The notes beneath the pieces were generated by a model that made no database searches, was not told the DNA's origin, and saw only the letters and a program-made list of their open reading frames with translations. Both the position numbers and the translations under genes were made by a program. A stretch of DNA of 64,000 bases, taken from IMG/VR virus record IMGVR_UViG_3300007735_000801, one strand, 5' to 3'. This stretch comes from a virus. How positions within the stretch are numbered: the first letter of the stretch is position 1; each line of letters opens with the position of its first letter. Of the stretch, positions 36,880 to 45,397 are shown piece after piece.

Positions 36880-37440
36880 ATGGCAACTAATCATTCAATC
36901 TCTGATTTTATCAATGGTTTTGGTGGCGGAACACGTCAAAATCGTTTTCTTATAACGGGAGATATTGGTAGCGACAGTAGTCCTAAAACTACTAATTTTA
37001 CTAACAATGTGTTTTATGTAAGAACTGCAACTCTCCCTAATTCCACATTAGGAGGAATTCCTATAAATTATCGAGGAAGAACTGTGGTATATCCTGGTGA
37101 ACGAGTTTATAGTCCTTGGCAAATAACGGTATTAGACGATAAGCCTTCAGGAAAAACAAAATTATTTGAATCATTTCACGCTTGGAGTAATGGTATAAAC
37201 AATCATTTACTTAATACCACATCATCATCAGGACTTGATCCAAGCAATCATTTTGCTAATACTAATTGGACCGTAGAGCAACTAGATACTAATGGTGGTA
37301 CTACACTTACAGGTAGAAAGTTTACTTTATTTAATTGCTGGCCCCAAACGGTAGGTGATTTAGCCCTAGATATGGGAGCAGATAATACTCTTGCTAGTTT
37401 TGCGGTTACTATTTTTTATAGTCATTATTCGATTACTTAA
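36880..37440 (+). CDS. gp19: Tail tube protein gp19
   Basis: GGTRQNRF, YRGRTVVYPGER.Y..W.ITVLDD, VEQLD, LFNCWP. Confidence 0.93.
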   Translation: MATNHSISDFINGFGGGTRQNRFLITGDIGSDSSPKTTNFTNNVFYVRTATLPNSTLGGIPINYRGRTVVYPGERVYSPWQITVLDDKPSGKTKLFESFHAWSNGINNHLLNTTSSSGLDPSNHFANTNWTVEQLDTNGGTTLTGRKFTLFNCWPQTVGDLALDMGADNTLASFAVTIFYSHYSIT

Positions 37441-37460
37441 TTTATGAAAAGTGAGAATTT

Positions 37461-39059
37461 ATGGAATTAGAACTATTCGGCTTTACAATCGGAAAAAAGA
37501 AACAAGATGCTCCACCAGAGAATCGTGATGTAATAACCCCAGATTCATATGATGGATCTTATGTCCTAGAGACTGGTGGTGTGTTTGGTACATTTGCAGA
37601 TTTTTCTGGAAATGCCAGAGACGAAAATCAATTAATTGCCCATTATCGCTCCATGGCATTGTACCCAGAAGTAGATTCTGCCATTGAAGACATTGTTAAC
37701 GAAGCAATTGTTTTGGATACTGATCGAAAACCAATAAAGATTGATTTAGACCGTGTAAATTTATCTGAAACAATTAAAACTAAAATGCATAGCGAGTATA
37801 ATCACTTGCTAAAGCTTTTAGATTTTTCTAATAAATCCCACGATATATTTCGTCGCTGGTTTATTGATGCCAAAACTTTCTACTTCAAGAAAATTGATAA
37901 GAATGATATTCGAAAAGGTATCATTGAACTAGTTCCTATTGATCCTGTAAAGATTAAAAAAGTTAGAAAGATTGAAAAGGATAAAGCTGTTTACGGTGGT
38001 GCTGCTCCTTTCTCTCCTATTAAAAGTATTCAAGAATATTATGTTTACACCGACACAGATAAGGAAGCAAACTTTCCAACAAATCCAACAGGATGGAAAA
38101 TTGCACCAGACACTATTGCCTATGTGCACTCAGGTATTGTTGATTCTAGCACAAAGCGTGTAGTCGGTTATTTGCAGAAGGCTGTTCGTCCCCTAAATCT
38201 GCTTCGTCAAATCGAAGATGCCGTAGCCATCTACCGAATTTCTCGTGCACCAGAACGACGAGTATTTTACGTAGACGTAGGTAATTTGCCTAAGCAGAAG
38301 GCTGAGCAGTATCTTCGTGAAATCATGAACCGATATCGTAACAAGACTATTTACGATCCTAAGACTGGTGAAATCAAGGATGAGCGTAATCATATGAGCA
38401 TGCTTGAGGATTACTGGATGCCTCGACGTGAAGGTGGTCGTGGCACAGAAATCAGTACGCTTGATGGTGGTCAAAACCTTGGTCAGATGGATGATGTTAA
38501 CTATCTGTTACAAAAGCTGTACCGAGCTCTTGGTGTTCCCCTGTCACGCATGATGCCTGATGGTGGTTTCAACATGGGACGTAGTGCGGAAATTACTCGT
38601 GACGAAGTTAAATTTAATAAATTTATTGATCGTCTTCGACAACGATTCAGCACTATATTCTTGGATTTGTTGAAGACCCAAGTTATTCTTAAGGGTATAA
38701 TGACGGAAGAAGATTGGAATCGTGTCGTACAAGATATCGGTTTCAAGTTCAATAACGATTCATATTACAATGAACTTAAGACCAACGACATTCTGCGTGA
38801 GCGTCTTGATATCATTGCTGCCGTGACTCCTTACATTGGTCGTTTCTTTTCTGGTGAATATGTGCGCAAACACTTCTTAAGACAAACAGACGAAGACATT
38901 ATTGAAATTGATGCACAGATAAATAGAGAGATGCAGAAGCAACTTGAAGCCCAAGAAGCTCAAGCATATCAACAAATGTTGGCAGGAGAAGAACCTGGTC
39001 AAGAAGGCAAACCAGGCGAAGAACAGCAACAAGAAGGCGAACAAGCACCCCCACAATGA
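37461..39059 (+). CDS. gp20: Portal protein gp20
   Basis: YPEVDSAIEDIVNEA, IYRISRAPERRVFYVDVGNLP, EDYWMPRREGGRGTEI, EITRDEVKF. Confidence 0.99.
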   Translation: MELELFGFTIGKKKQDAPPENRDVITPDSYDGSYVLETGGVFGTFADFSGNARDENQLIAHYRSMALYPEVDSAIEDIVNEAIVLDTDRKPIKIDLDRVNLSETIKTKMHSEYNHLLKLLDFSNKSHDIFRRWFIDAKTFYFKKIDKNDIRKGIIELVPIDPVKIKKVRKIEKDKAVYGGAAPFSPIKSIQEYYVYTDTDKEANFPTNPTGWKIAPDTIAYVHSGIVDSSTKRVVGYLQKAVRPLNLLRQIEDAVAIYRISRAPERRVFYVDVGNLPKQKAEQYLREIMNRYRNKTIYDPKTGEIKDERNHMSMLEDYWMPRREGGRGTEISTLDGGQNLGQMDDVNYLLQKLYRALGVPLSRMMPDGGFNMGRSAEITRDEVKFNKFIDRLRQRFSTIFLDLLKTQVILKGIMTEEDWNRVVQDIGFKFNNDSYYNELKTNDILRERLDIIAAVTPYIGRFFSGEYVRKHFLRQTDEDIIEIDAQINREMQKQLEAQEAQAYQQMLAGEEPGQEGKPGEEQQQEGEQAPPQ

Positions 39060-39457
39060 GCACCGCACAACGTTTAGTTCAAATGATTCTTCGAGGTAAA
39101 CCTGATCAGTTTAATACTATTATTAAAGAGTATTTGAATGAGCGAGCTTCTGTCATGATGGAACAAGTGTATCTAGAAGAAAGTAAAAATATTTTAGAAA
39201 TCATAAAACCAATACAGACTCAATTGGAATTATCAAAGCCTGAACCAGTTTCAGTTACTCAGTTTATTCCTGAAAATTCCTATCAATTACGAGACGGAGC
39301 TGTTGGTATTCTAAACGAAACACAGCAAGAAGCTGTGGGTAAACTGTACAAAAGTCTAAATACTGATAATAGACAACGTTTGGTCAAGTTACTCTCAGAA
39401 TCACAAGAATCATTTAATCGAGTATTGAATTTAGCAAAAATAGAAAGCAAAAAATAA
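39056..39457 (+). CDS. Hypothetical prohead-core-like protein
   Basis: Between gp20 and gp21; helical; LYKSLNTDNR motif. Confidence 0.55.
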   Translation: MSTAQRLVQMILRGKPDQFNTIIKEYLNERASVMMEQVYLEESKNILEIIKPIQTQLELSKPEPVSVTQFIPENSYQLRDGAVGILNETQQEAVGKLYKSLNTDNRQRLVKLLSESQESFNRVLNLAKIESKK

Positions 39458-39468
39458 GGAAACTATCC

Positions 39469-39861
39469 ATGGAAAACACTGATCAAATTCACTCATTTAT
39501 TCGTCTAGTCATGAACGAAAATCTCGCTCAGGCTCAATCTGTTATTCGAGAAGCTCTCAATACTAAGTTGAGCGAAGCTCTTGATGAAAAGTTTGAAGCT
39601 TATGCTCCTGCTATTTTTGAAGAGTTTGATGCCAAGAAGGCAGACAAAAACGACGATGGTACACTGAGTGATTGGGAGGTAAATTCTACCAAATGGGCTG
39701 AAGAAGGCGGCGACGAAGGCGGCGAAGAAGAAGGCGAAGAAGAAGGCGAAGAAGAAACTGACGAAGGCGACGAACAACCTATGCAAAATACGCCACCTAT
39801 TATGTCACAATATAGTGCTCCTACTGGTGGTGCTAGCACTGTTGGATCAGATGGATATTAA
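39469..39861 (+). CDS. Prohead core protein (gp67-like) with EF-hand-like loop and acidic tail
   Basis: ALNTKLSEALDEK; DKNDDGTLSDWE; Glu/Gly repeat; AAGGA RBS. Confidence 0.65.
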   Translation: MENTDQIHSFIRLVMNENLAQAQSVIREALNTKLSEALDEKFEAYAPAIFEEFDAKKADKNDDGTLSDWEVNSTKWAEEGGDEGGEEEGEEEGEEETDEGDEQPMQNTPPIMSQYSAPTGGASTVGSDGY

Positions 39862-39864
39862 TCT

Positions 39865-40512
39865 ATGAAGCTAATAACCGAAACAATTGAAGAAGTAGAA
39901 TTTCTCACCGAAGCAGCCGAAGGCGGCGGTAAGAATTATTTCATTGAAGGTGTGTTTATGCAATCAGACACACTGAACAGAAATAAGCGTATGTATCCAC
40001 GTAACATTCTTCTTAATGAAATTGCACGGTATGACAGAGAATACGTTCAAAACAAAAGAGCATTTGGTGAATTAAATCATCCAACTAATCCTGTTGTTAA
40101 TCTAGATCGTGTTTCTCATATCATTCTTGAATTCAAGAGTAATGGTAAAGATGTTCAGGGACGAGCAAAAGTTATGGGAACTCCGATGGGCGAGATTGTT
40201 AAGAGTCTTATCAACGAAGGTGCTCGTTTAGGCGTATCTAGTCGTGGTATGGGTTCTTTAAGAGAACGAAACGGCTACAACGAAGTGTGTAATGATTTTC
40301 TCTTAAGTGCCGTAGATATTGTTGCTGATCCTAGTGCTCCTGGTGCATTTGTTAACGGCATCATGGAAGGCAAAGAATGGATCTGGAACAATGGCATTTT
40401 GGAAGAGCGTCAAGCCGAAGAGTATCGTCGAGAGATCAAGAAAACCTCAAGTCGTCAATTAGAATCAAAGGCAATCAAGTTGTTTGAAGATTTTCTAAGA
40501 AAATTAAAATGA
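39865..40512 (+). CDS. gp21: Prohead protease gp21
   Basis: MKLITE, IEGVFMQ, NRNKRMYP, GELNHP, GVSSRGMGSL, DIVADPSAPGAFV. Confidence 0.98.
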   Translation: MKLITETIEEVEFLTEAAEGGGKNYFIEGVFMQSDTLNRNKRMYPRNILLNEIARYDREYVQNKRAFGELNHPTNPVVNLDRVSHIILEFKSNGKDVQGRAKVMGTPMGEIVKSLINEGARLGVSSRGMGSLRERNGYNEVCNDFLLSAVDIVADPSAPGAFVNGIMEGKEWIWNNGILEERQAEEYRREIKKTSSRQLESKAIKLFEDFLRKLK

Positions 40513-41963
40513 TTAAATCAAATTTCCAGTTAGAAAAAGAAAAAGAACGATCTATTTTAGATTGCATTACTTCTATTACTGGAAAGTTAAACGAAGCTAC
40601 AGTTGTTGGATTTAGTGCACCAATGGGTGGTATTGCTAACGCACAGCCGTCTTGGGCTACTCAGCGAGCAAAGGCATTAACTAATCCTTCTTTGCCTCTT
40701 CCTTTGCAGCCTGGACAAAGCACACCATTTATTGCTAGACCACCTTTTGTTCCACAAACACAATCCTCACAGCAACCACAGGGGTCGAATCGAGCACAAA
40801 TTGCTAGACCAGATTTAAACAATATACGGTATGATAACAAAAAAAGGAATGATCAATTTCCTGATCCAACAAAACCAAACTATGATAATGTGATTGATAT
40901 ATTACCTGATTCTGATTCATATAATGCAGGAAAATATCAATCTACTCAACAAAATACACCAACAGCAGATCAGAGAGTTCGAGCAGCTGGAGAAGCTCAA
41001 GCAGCGGAATCTGCAAAAGAAATAAACATGACTCCCGAAGAAAGAGACGCAAGAAGAGTTGCAAGAGAAGCAGCAGAAGACCGAAATGAAGGATCTTATG
41101 TTCAATACGACAGTGATGAACCTGGTAAACCAACATACGTTCCTGGAGAAAAAGATACAATTCATAAACGTTTACAGGCTCAAAGAAATCGACGAAATGC
41201 ACGAGAAGCTGAACGCTTAGACGCAGAAGAAAAGGCTCAGGAAAATAGAGAAAAAGAACGTGATATAAACAGACGAAGATATTCTCGTCCTATTTACAAT
41301 CAAGATGGAAGTGTAACAGACAGTTATACTGGAAAAAACATTGGCAATCAAGGAAGAAATCGATCAGATAATCAAGGTGACGGTGGCGGTGGTAGCTCTA
41401 TTCCTGAAAGTTTTAAAGGATCCCTAAATCGTTTAGACGAAATTGCTGCTGGTATTACTGCTATAGCTGGAACAGAGTTAGGTAAACACATTAAAGATTT
41501 TGCTGTGAATGCAGGTAGCGAAGCAATAAATTTTGCTAAAAATTACGCACCAAAGATTGGTTATATTGCATTAACTCCTCCTAGAACACTGGCTGCTGCT
41601 GCAACAGGCAGATTGAGTGGTCTTGGTTATTCTAAAGAGGGAGCAATAGATACATTTAACTATTACCGAAATATGATTGGCGGATTAGGTAAGGCTGGTG
41701 GCACTCTTTTAACTGGTCTTGCAGGAACAGCCGCAGGACAAAAAGTTGGAACTGCTGCAGGAAAAGCTGCAGGAAAAGTAGCTTCGTGGGTTGGTCCATT
41801 AGGTATTAAAGTAGGCAAAGATGTTGTGGGTGCATTAGACCCAGCGGGACATGTTGATGCCTTTGCCGACGAAGCTGCGTTAAATACTGGAGCGGCTCTA
41901 TGGGATCCAAGAATGCTCAGTTATAACATTAAATCAAAACCATTAGCTCAAGAAAAGAACTAA
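40509..41963 (+). CDS. Hypothetical protein, candidate internal head protein
   Basis: 484 aa inserted between gp21 and gp22; L/I-x-E sites (LNEA, IPES, LDEI); disordered middle; Gly/Ala-rich C-terminus. Confidence 0.6.
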   Translation: MIKSNFQLEKEKERSILDCITSITGKLNEATVVGFSAPMGGIANAQPSWATQRAKALTNPSLPLPLQPGQSTPFIARPPFVPQTQSSQQPQGSNRAQIARPDLNNIRYDNKKRNDQFPDPTKPNYDNVIDILPDSDSYNAGKYQSTQQNTPTADQRVRAAGEAQAAESAKEINMTPEERDARRVAREAAEDRNEGSYVQYDSDEPGKPTYVPGEKDTIHKRLQAQRNRRNAREAERLDAEEKAQENREKERDINRRRYSRPIYNQDGSVTDSYTGKNIGNQGRNRSDNQGDGGGGSSIPESFKGSLNRLDEIAAGITAIAGTELGKHIKDFAVNAGSEAINFAKNYAPKIGYIALTPPRTLAAAATGRLSGLGYSKEGAIDTFNYYRNMIGGLGKAGGTLLTGLAGTAAGQKVGTAAGKAAGKVASWVGPLGIKVGKDVVGALDPAGHVDAFADEAALNTGAALWDPRMLSYNIKSKPLAQEKN

Positions 41964-42010
41964 ATAATTTACTCGTTTTTAACATTTTTACTACTAGAAA
42001 TATTGAATAA

Positions 42011-42018
42011 TATAAATA
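42011..42018 (+). promoter_or_regulatory. T4-type late promoter for gp22-23
   Basis: Intergenic TATAAATA, followed by AAGGA RBS. Confidence 0.9.
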
Positions 42019-42040
42019 ACAAGGATTAAGGAACTAATAT

Positions 42041-42958
42041 ATGCAACCACAAAATAACAATGTCGCTCAACCGTCTAATGTATTGATTGATGCACGTACC
42101 TATACTCAAGATGCTTCTGGTAAGGGAGTAGTTCTGGGTACCGAAGATACAAGCTGGCTTAATGGTCGTGCTCAACAACTTCAAGGTGCTAATCGTCAAC
42201 CATTCAGTAGTGGTGTTGATGCGCCTCCTCCACAAGGAGCACAGGCTGCAATGAACGAACAACTTCAGAACCTTTTCTCTGGTGAAAACCTCTCCGAAGA
42301 TTTCATGGGCAAAGCTTCCGTTGTATTTGAAGCTGCACTCAATGAGCGTACCGAAGCTATTCGTCAGAGTGTTCTTTCTGAGAGTGCCGCTCTTGTTGAA
42401 CAAGAAGTTGGCAATGCAGTAAATGAACTGGCTACTCGTTTAGACGAGTATCTCAGTTACGCTGTTGATGAATGGATGAAGGAAAACAAGTTGGCTGTTG
42501 AAAGCGGTATTCGTACAGAAATTTCCGAAAGCTTTATCAATGGTCTCAAGTCTTTGTTTGAAACACACTACATTGAAGTTCCAGAAAGCAAGCAAGATAT
42601 TCTTGAAGACCTGTTCTCTGATAATCAAGAACTTGAAACAAGTCTTAATGAACAAATTCAAACCAATATGCGTATCAAGCAAGAATTAGAACAAACTGCT
42701 GCTCGTGGCATTTTCATGGAAGCAGTTTCCGATCTAACACAAGTTGATGCAGAGCGTCTCGCAAGTCTCGCAAACAGCATTGCATATAACAGTCCACAAG
42801 AATTCCACAACAAGCTTGTGGTTCTTAAAGAAAATTATCTCAAAGCAGCACCAGTTGCCGCAAGAGAACCAGAAACATTGACAGAACAACGAATCGCTCC
42901 ACGTGGAAACGATCCGATGGCTGCTTATGTAAACGTACTTGGTCGCTTAAGTCACTAA
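42041..42958 (+). CDS. gp22: Prohead scaffold gp22
   Basis: LSEDF..KASVVFEAAL, LDEYLSY..DEWMKENKLAVESGIRTEI.ESFI.GLK.LF..HYIEVPE, MAAYV. Confidence 0.96.
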   Translation: MQPQNNNVAQPSNVLIDARTYTQDASGKGVVLGTEDTSWLNGRAQQLQGANRQPFSSGVDAPPPQGAQAAMNEQLQNLFSGENLSEDFMGKASVVFEAALNERTEAIRQSVLSESAALVEQEVGNAVNELATRLDEYLSYAVDEWMKENKLAVESGIRTEISESFINGLKSLFETHYIEVPESKQDILEDLFSDNQELETSLNEQIQTNMRIKQELEQTAARGIFMEAVSDLTQVDAERLASLANSIAYNSPQEFHNKLVVLKENYLKAAPVAAREPETLTEQRIAPRGNDPMAAYVNVLGRLSH

Positions 42959-42996
42959 ATTAAATCTAACATTATACTCAAAAGGAGATAAACAAA

Positions 42997-44370
42997 ATGG
43001 ATTTCAGTCAAACATCACCATACGACACTTTACTAGAAAAGTGGGAACCACTCATCAATCACGAGTCAATTCCTTCGATTCAAGACTCTTACAAGCGTAA
43101 GGTCACTGCTGTTCTCTTGGAGAATCAAGAAAACGCATTGCGTCAACAATACATCACTGAAGTTTCAGCCAATAACATGGGTGGTAACTTCTCAAACGCT
43201 CAGGTCGGATCTGCAGGCGGTCTCGCAGGTTATGATCCAATCTTGATTAGCTTGGTTCGTCGTTCCATGCCAAACTTGATGGCTTACGACATTGCAGGCG
43301 TTCAGCCAATGAGTGCTCCAACAGGACTCATCTTTGCAATGCGCAGTAAGTACGATAGTCAAACTGGTAGGGAAGCTCTCTTCCAAGAATCGTTTGCTCA
43401 GTTCGGTGGTAGTGGTAACACTTCTACTGGTGCTGCAACAATGGCAAGCCAAGGCGTTATTCCTTACGGAGCAACCGCTGGTGCTGCTGGCAACGTTAGA
43501 GGTACTACTTTTGCAATAGGTAGTTTCCGTGGCATGTTAACCTCAGATGGTGAAGCTCTTGGTGGTGCAACTAAGACTTTCAACGAAATGGCGTTCAGCA
43601 TTGAACGTATTGCTGTTGAAGCTCGTACTCGTGCTCTCAAGGCTGAATACACCACTGAATTGGCTCAAGATTTGAAGGCTGTACACGGTTTGGATGCTGA
43701 GAGTGAACTTGCTAATATTCTTAGCAGCGAAATTCTCAACGAAATCAATCGTGAATTGATGTACACCCTCTATCGTGTAGCCAAGACTGGTGCTGCTCAA
43801 GTCGATTTGACTACTGCTGGTATTTACGATCTCAACACGGATTCAGATGGTCGCTGGAGCGCAGAACGCTTCCGTGGTCTCATGTTCCAAATTGAACGTG
43901 AAGCAAATCAGATCGCCAAGGAAACTCGTCGTGGTAAGGGCAACTTTGTTGTCTGCTCCTCAGACGTAGCTTCTGCTTTGGCGATGGGTGGTTTCCTCAA
44001 CGTAAGCCCTGCACTAAACGTGCAACTCGAAGTTGATGACACTGGCAATACTTTTGCTGGTATCCTCAATGGCAAGTTCAAGGTCTACATTGATCCATAT
44101 GCTGCAACTGGTATTAACTTCTGCATGGTTGGTTATCGTGGCGCAAGCCCATACGATGCTGGCGTGTTCTACTGCCCATACGTTCCTCTCCAAATGGTAA
44201 GAGCCGTTGATCAGAATACGTTCCAACCAAAGATTGGTTTCAAGACTCGTTACGGTATGGTAGCAAATCCTTTCTCGGAAAACACAAGCATTGATGCTGT
44301 TGGACAGAATCAATACTATCGTATCTTCCGTGTAGATAACCTCCATGGTAACACAGGTTACGGTTCATAA
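42997..44370 (+). CDS. gp23: Major capsid protein gp23
   Basis: TAVLLENQE, LISLVRRSMPNLMAYDI.GVQPM, RALKAEYT.ELAQDLKAVHGLDAE, FYCPYVPL, FQPKIGFKTRYG. Confidence 0.99.
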   Translation: MDFSQTSPYDTLLEKWEPLINHESIPSIQDSYKRKVTAVLLENQENALRQQYITEVSANNMGGNFSNAQVGSAGGLAGYDPILISLVRRSMPNLMAYDIAGVQPMSAPTGLIFAMRSKYDSQTGREALFQESFAQFGGSGNTSTGAATMASQGVIPYGATAGAAGNVRGTTFAIGSFRGMLTSDGEALGGATKTFNEMAFSIERIAVEARTRALKAEYTTELAQDLKAVHGLDAESELANILSSEILNEINRELMYTLYRVAKTGAAQVDLTTAGIYDLNTDSDGRWSAERFRGLMFQIEREANQIAKETRRGKGNFVVCSSDVASALAMGGFLNVSPALNVQLEVDDTGNTFAGILNGKFKVYIDPYAATGINFCMVGYRGASPYDAGVFYCPYVPLQMVRAVDQNTFQPKIGFKTRYGMVANPFSENTSIDAVGQNQYYRIFRVDNLHGNTGYGS

Positions 44371-44399
44371 TCTGAACTTTAACTAACACTAACGATTAT

Positions 44400-44428
44400 G
44401 GGGAGGCTCTAATGAGCCTCCCCTTTTT
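44400..44428 (+). terminator. Intrinsic terminator after gp23
   Basis: GGGGAGGCTC-TAAT-GAGCCTCCCC 10-bp stem followed by TTTTT. Confidence 0.93.
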
Positions 44429-44432
44429 GTTA

Positions 44433-44440
44433 TATAAATA
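44433..44440 (+). promoter_or_regulatory. T4-type late promoter for gp3
   Basis: TATAAATA right after the terminator and 4 nt before ATG 44445 (near-leaderless). Confidence 0.85.
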
Positions 44441-44444
44441 CTAT

Positions 44445-44945
44445 ATGGCAACAAACCCAGCAACACATAATGCACTCATAGTCAATTACTTTCAATTTGT
44501 TTTGACTAGAGTTCCTAACATGACATACTTTTGTCAGAGTGCAAATCTTCCAGGACTAGCATTTGGCTCAGCAGAACAGCCAACTATTTTAGGTCATCCA
44601 GTTAAAGTTCCTACAGGAGCATTTAGATTTGAAGATCTTGATTTAACTTTTCGTGTTGATGAGAATTTAACTAATTGGAGAGAGATTCATACTTGGATTA
44701 AAACTACTGGAAATTACGAATCTGATGAACATACTCTTCCGTATAACGAAAAAACCTCAGATGCTCGTTTGTTGATAACAAATAGTTCATATCGTCCAAA
44801 AATTGCTGTTCAATTTAAACACGTATTTCCTATTTCGTTGAGTGGTTTGAATTTCAATACTACGGCTATCGATTCTCTGGAAATGACTGCTAGTGTGAAA
44901 TTTGCATTCACTGGTTATGAAATTGAAACTTTGTCTAATCCCTAA
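44445..44945 (+). CDS. gp3: Tail tube terminator gp3
   Basis: YFCQSANLPG, L.FRVDENLTNWREIHTW, SDARL, FPISLSGLNF; start moved to ATG 44445 because the longer ORF crosses the terminator. Confidence 0.9.
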   Translation: MATNPATHNALIVNYFQFVLTRVPNMTYFCQSANLPGLAFGSAEQPTILGHPVKVPTGAFRFEDLDLTFRVDENLTNWREIHTWIKTTGNYESDEHTLPYNEKTSDARLLITNSSYRPKIAVQFKHVFPISLSGLNFNTTAIDSLEMTASVKFAFTGYEIETLSNP

Positions 44946-44962
44946 TTTTTAAGGAATATATT

Positions 44963-45397
44963 ATGAATATTAATGATGTGAAAGAAATGGTTAAATCTGA
45001 TTTGGGTATTGATCAAACTGCTCTAGACACAGAGTCTAGTAGAACACCTCAATTACATAACAAGTATTTGGTTTTATTTATGGATGAACGAATAAAACTA
45101 AAGAGACTAGAAAATGAATTATCTGTACTCAGAAGAAACAAGTGGTTGTATTACACAGGACGTATGAGCAAAGAAGAGCTTGTTCAGTTTAATTGGGAAC
45201 CGTTTGAATTAAATGTGTTAAAGACTGAGGCTAATGATCTCATAGACTCTGATGATGAGTATATCAGAATGTCTCAAAAGGCAGATTTTCAAAAAGAAAT
45301 TGTTAATTATTTGGAAGGTGTCGTTAAAATAGTCCAGAACCGTCAATGGCAGATACGAGCCATGATAGACTGGATCAAGTTTACTCAGGGGGCTTAA
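44963..45397 (+). CDS. uvsY: Recombination mediator UvsY
   Basis: LDTES..TPQLHNKY, KWLYYTG, LKT, NRQWQIRAMIDW.KF. Confidence 0.93.
   Translation: MNINDVKEMVKSDLGIDQTALDTESSRTPQLHNKYLVLFMDERIKLKRLENELSVLRRNKWLYYTGRMSKEELVQFNWEPFELNVLKTEANDLIDSDDEYIRMSQKADFQKEIVNYLEGVVKIVQNRQWQIRAMIDWIKFTQGA

Noticed and set aside
33887-39059. Introns/inteins in terminase, sheath or portal
   Set aside because: ORFs are continuous and not longer than expected, with no splicing or LAGLIDADG/HNH motifs
42026-44346. Several antisense/alternative-frame ORFs over gp22 and gp23 (also over gp32, gp20, gp55, gp45, gp44)
   Set aside because: Expected shadows of strongly biased codon usage in highly expressed genes; no RBS or recognisable protein features
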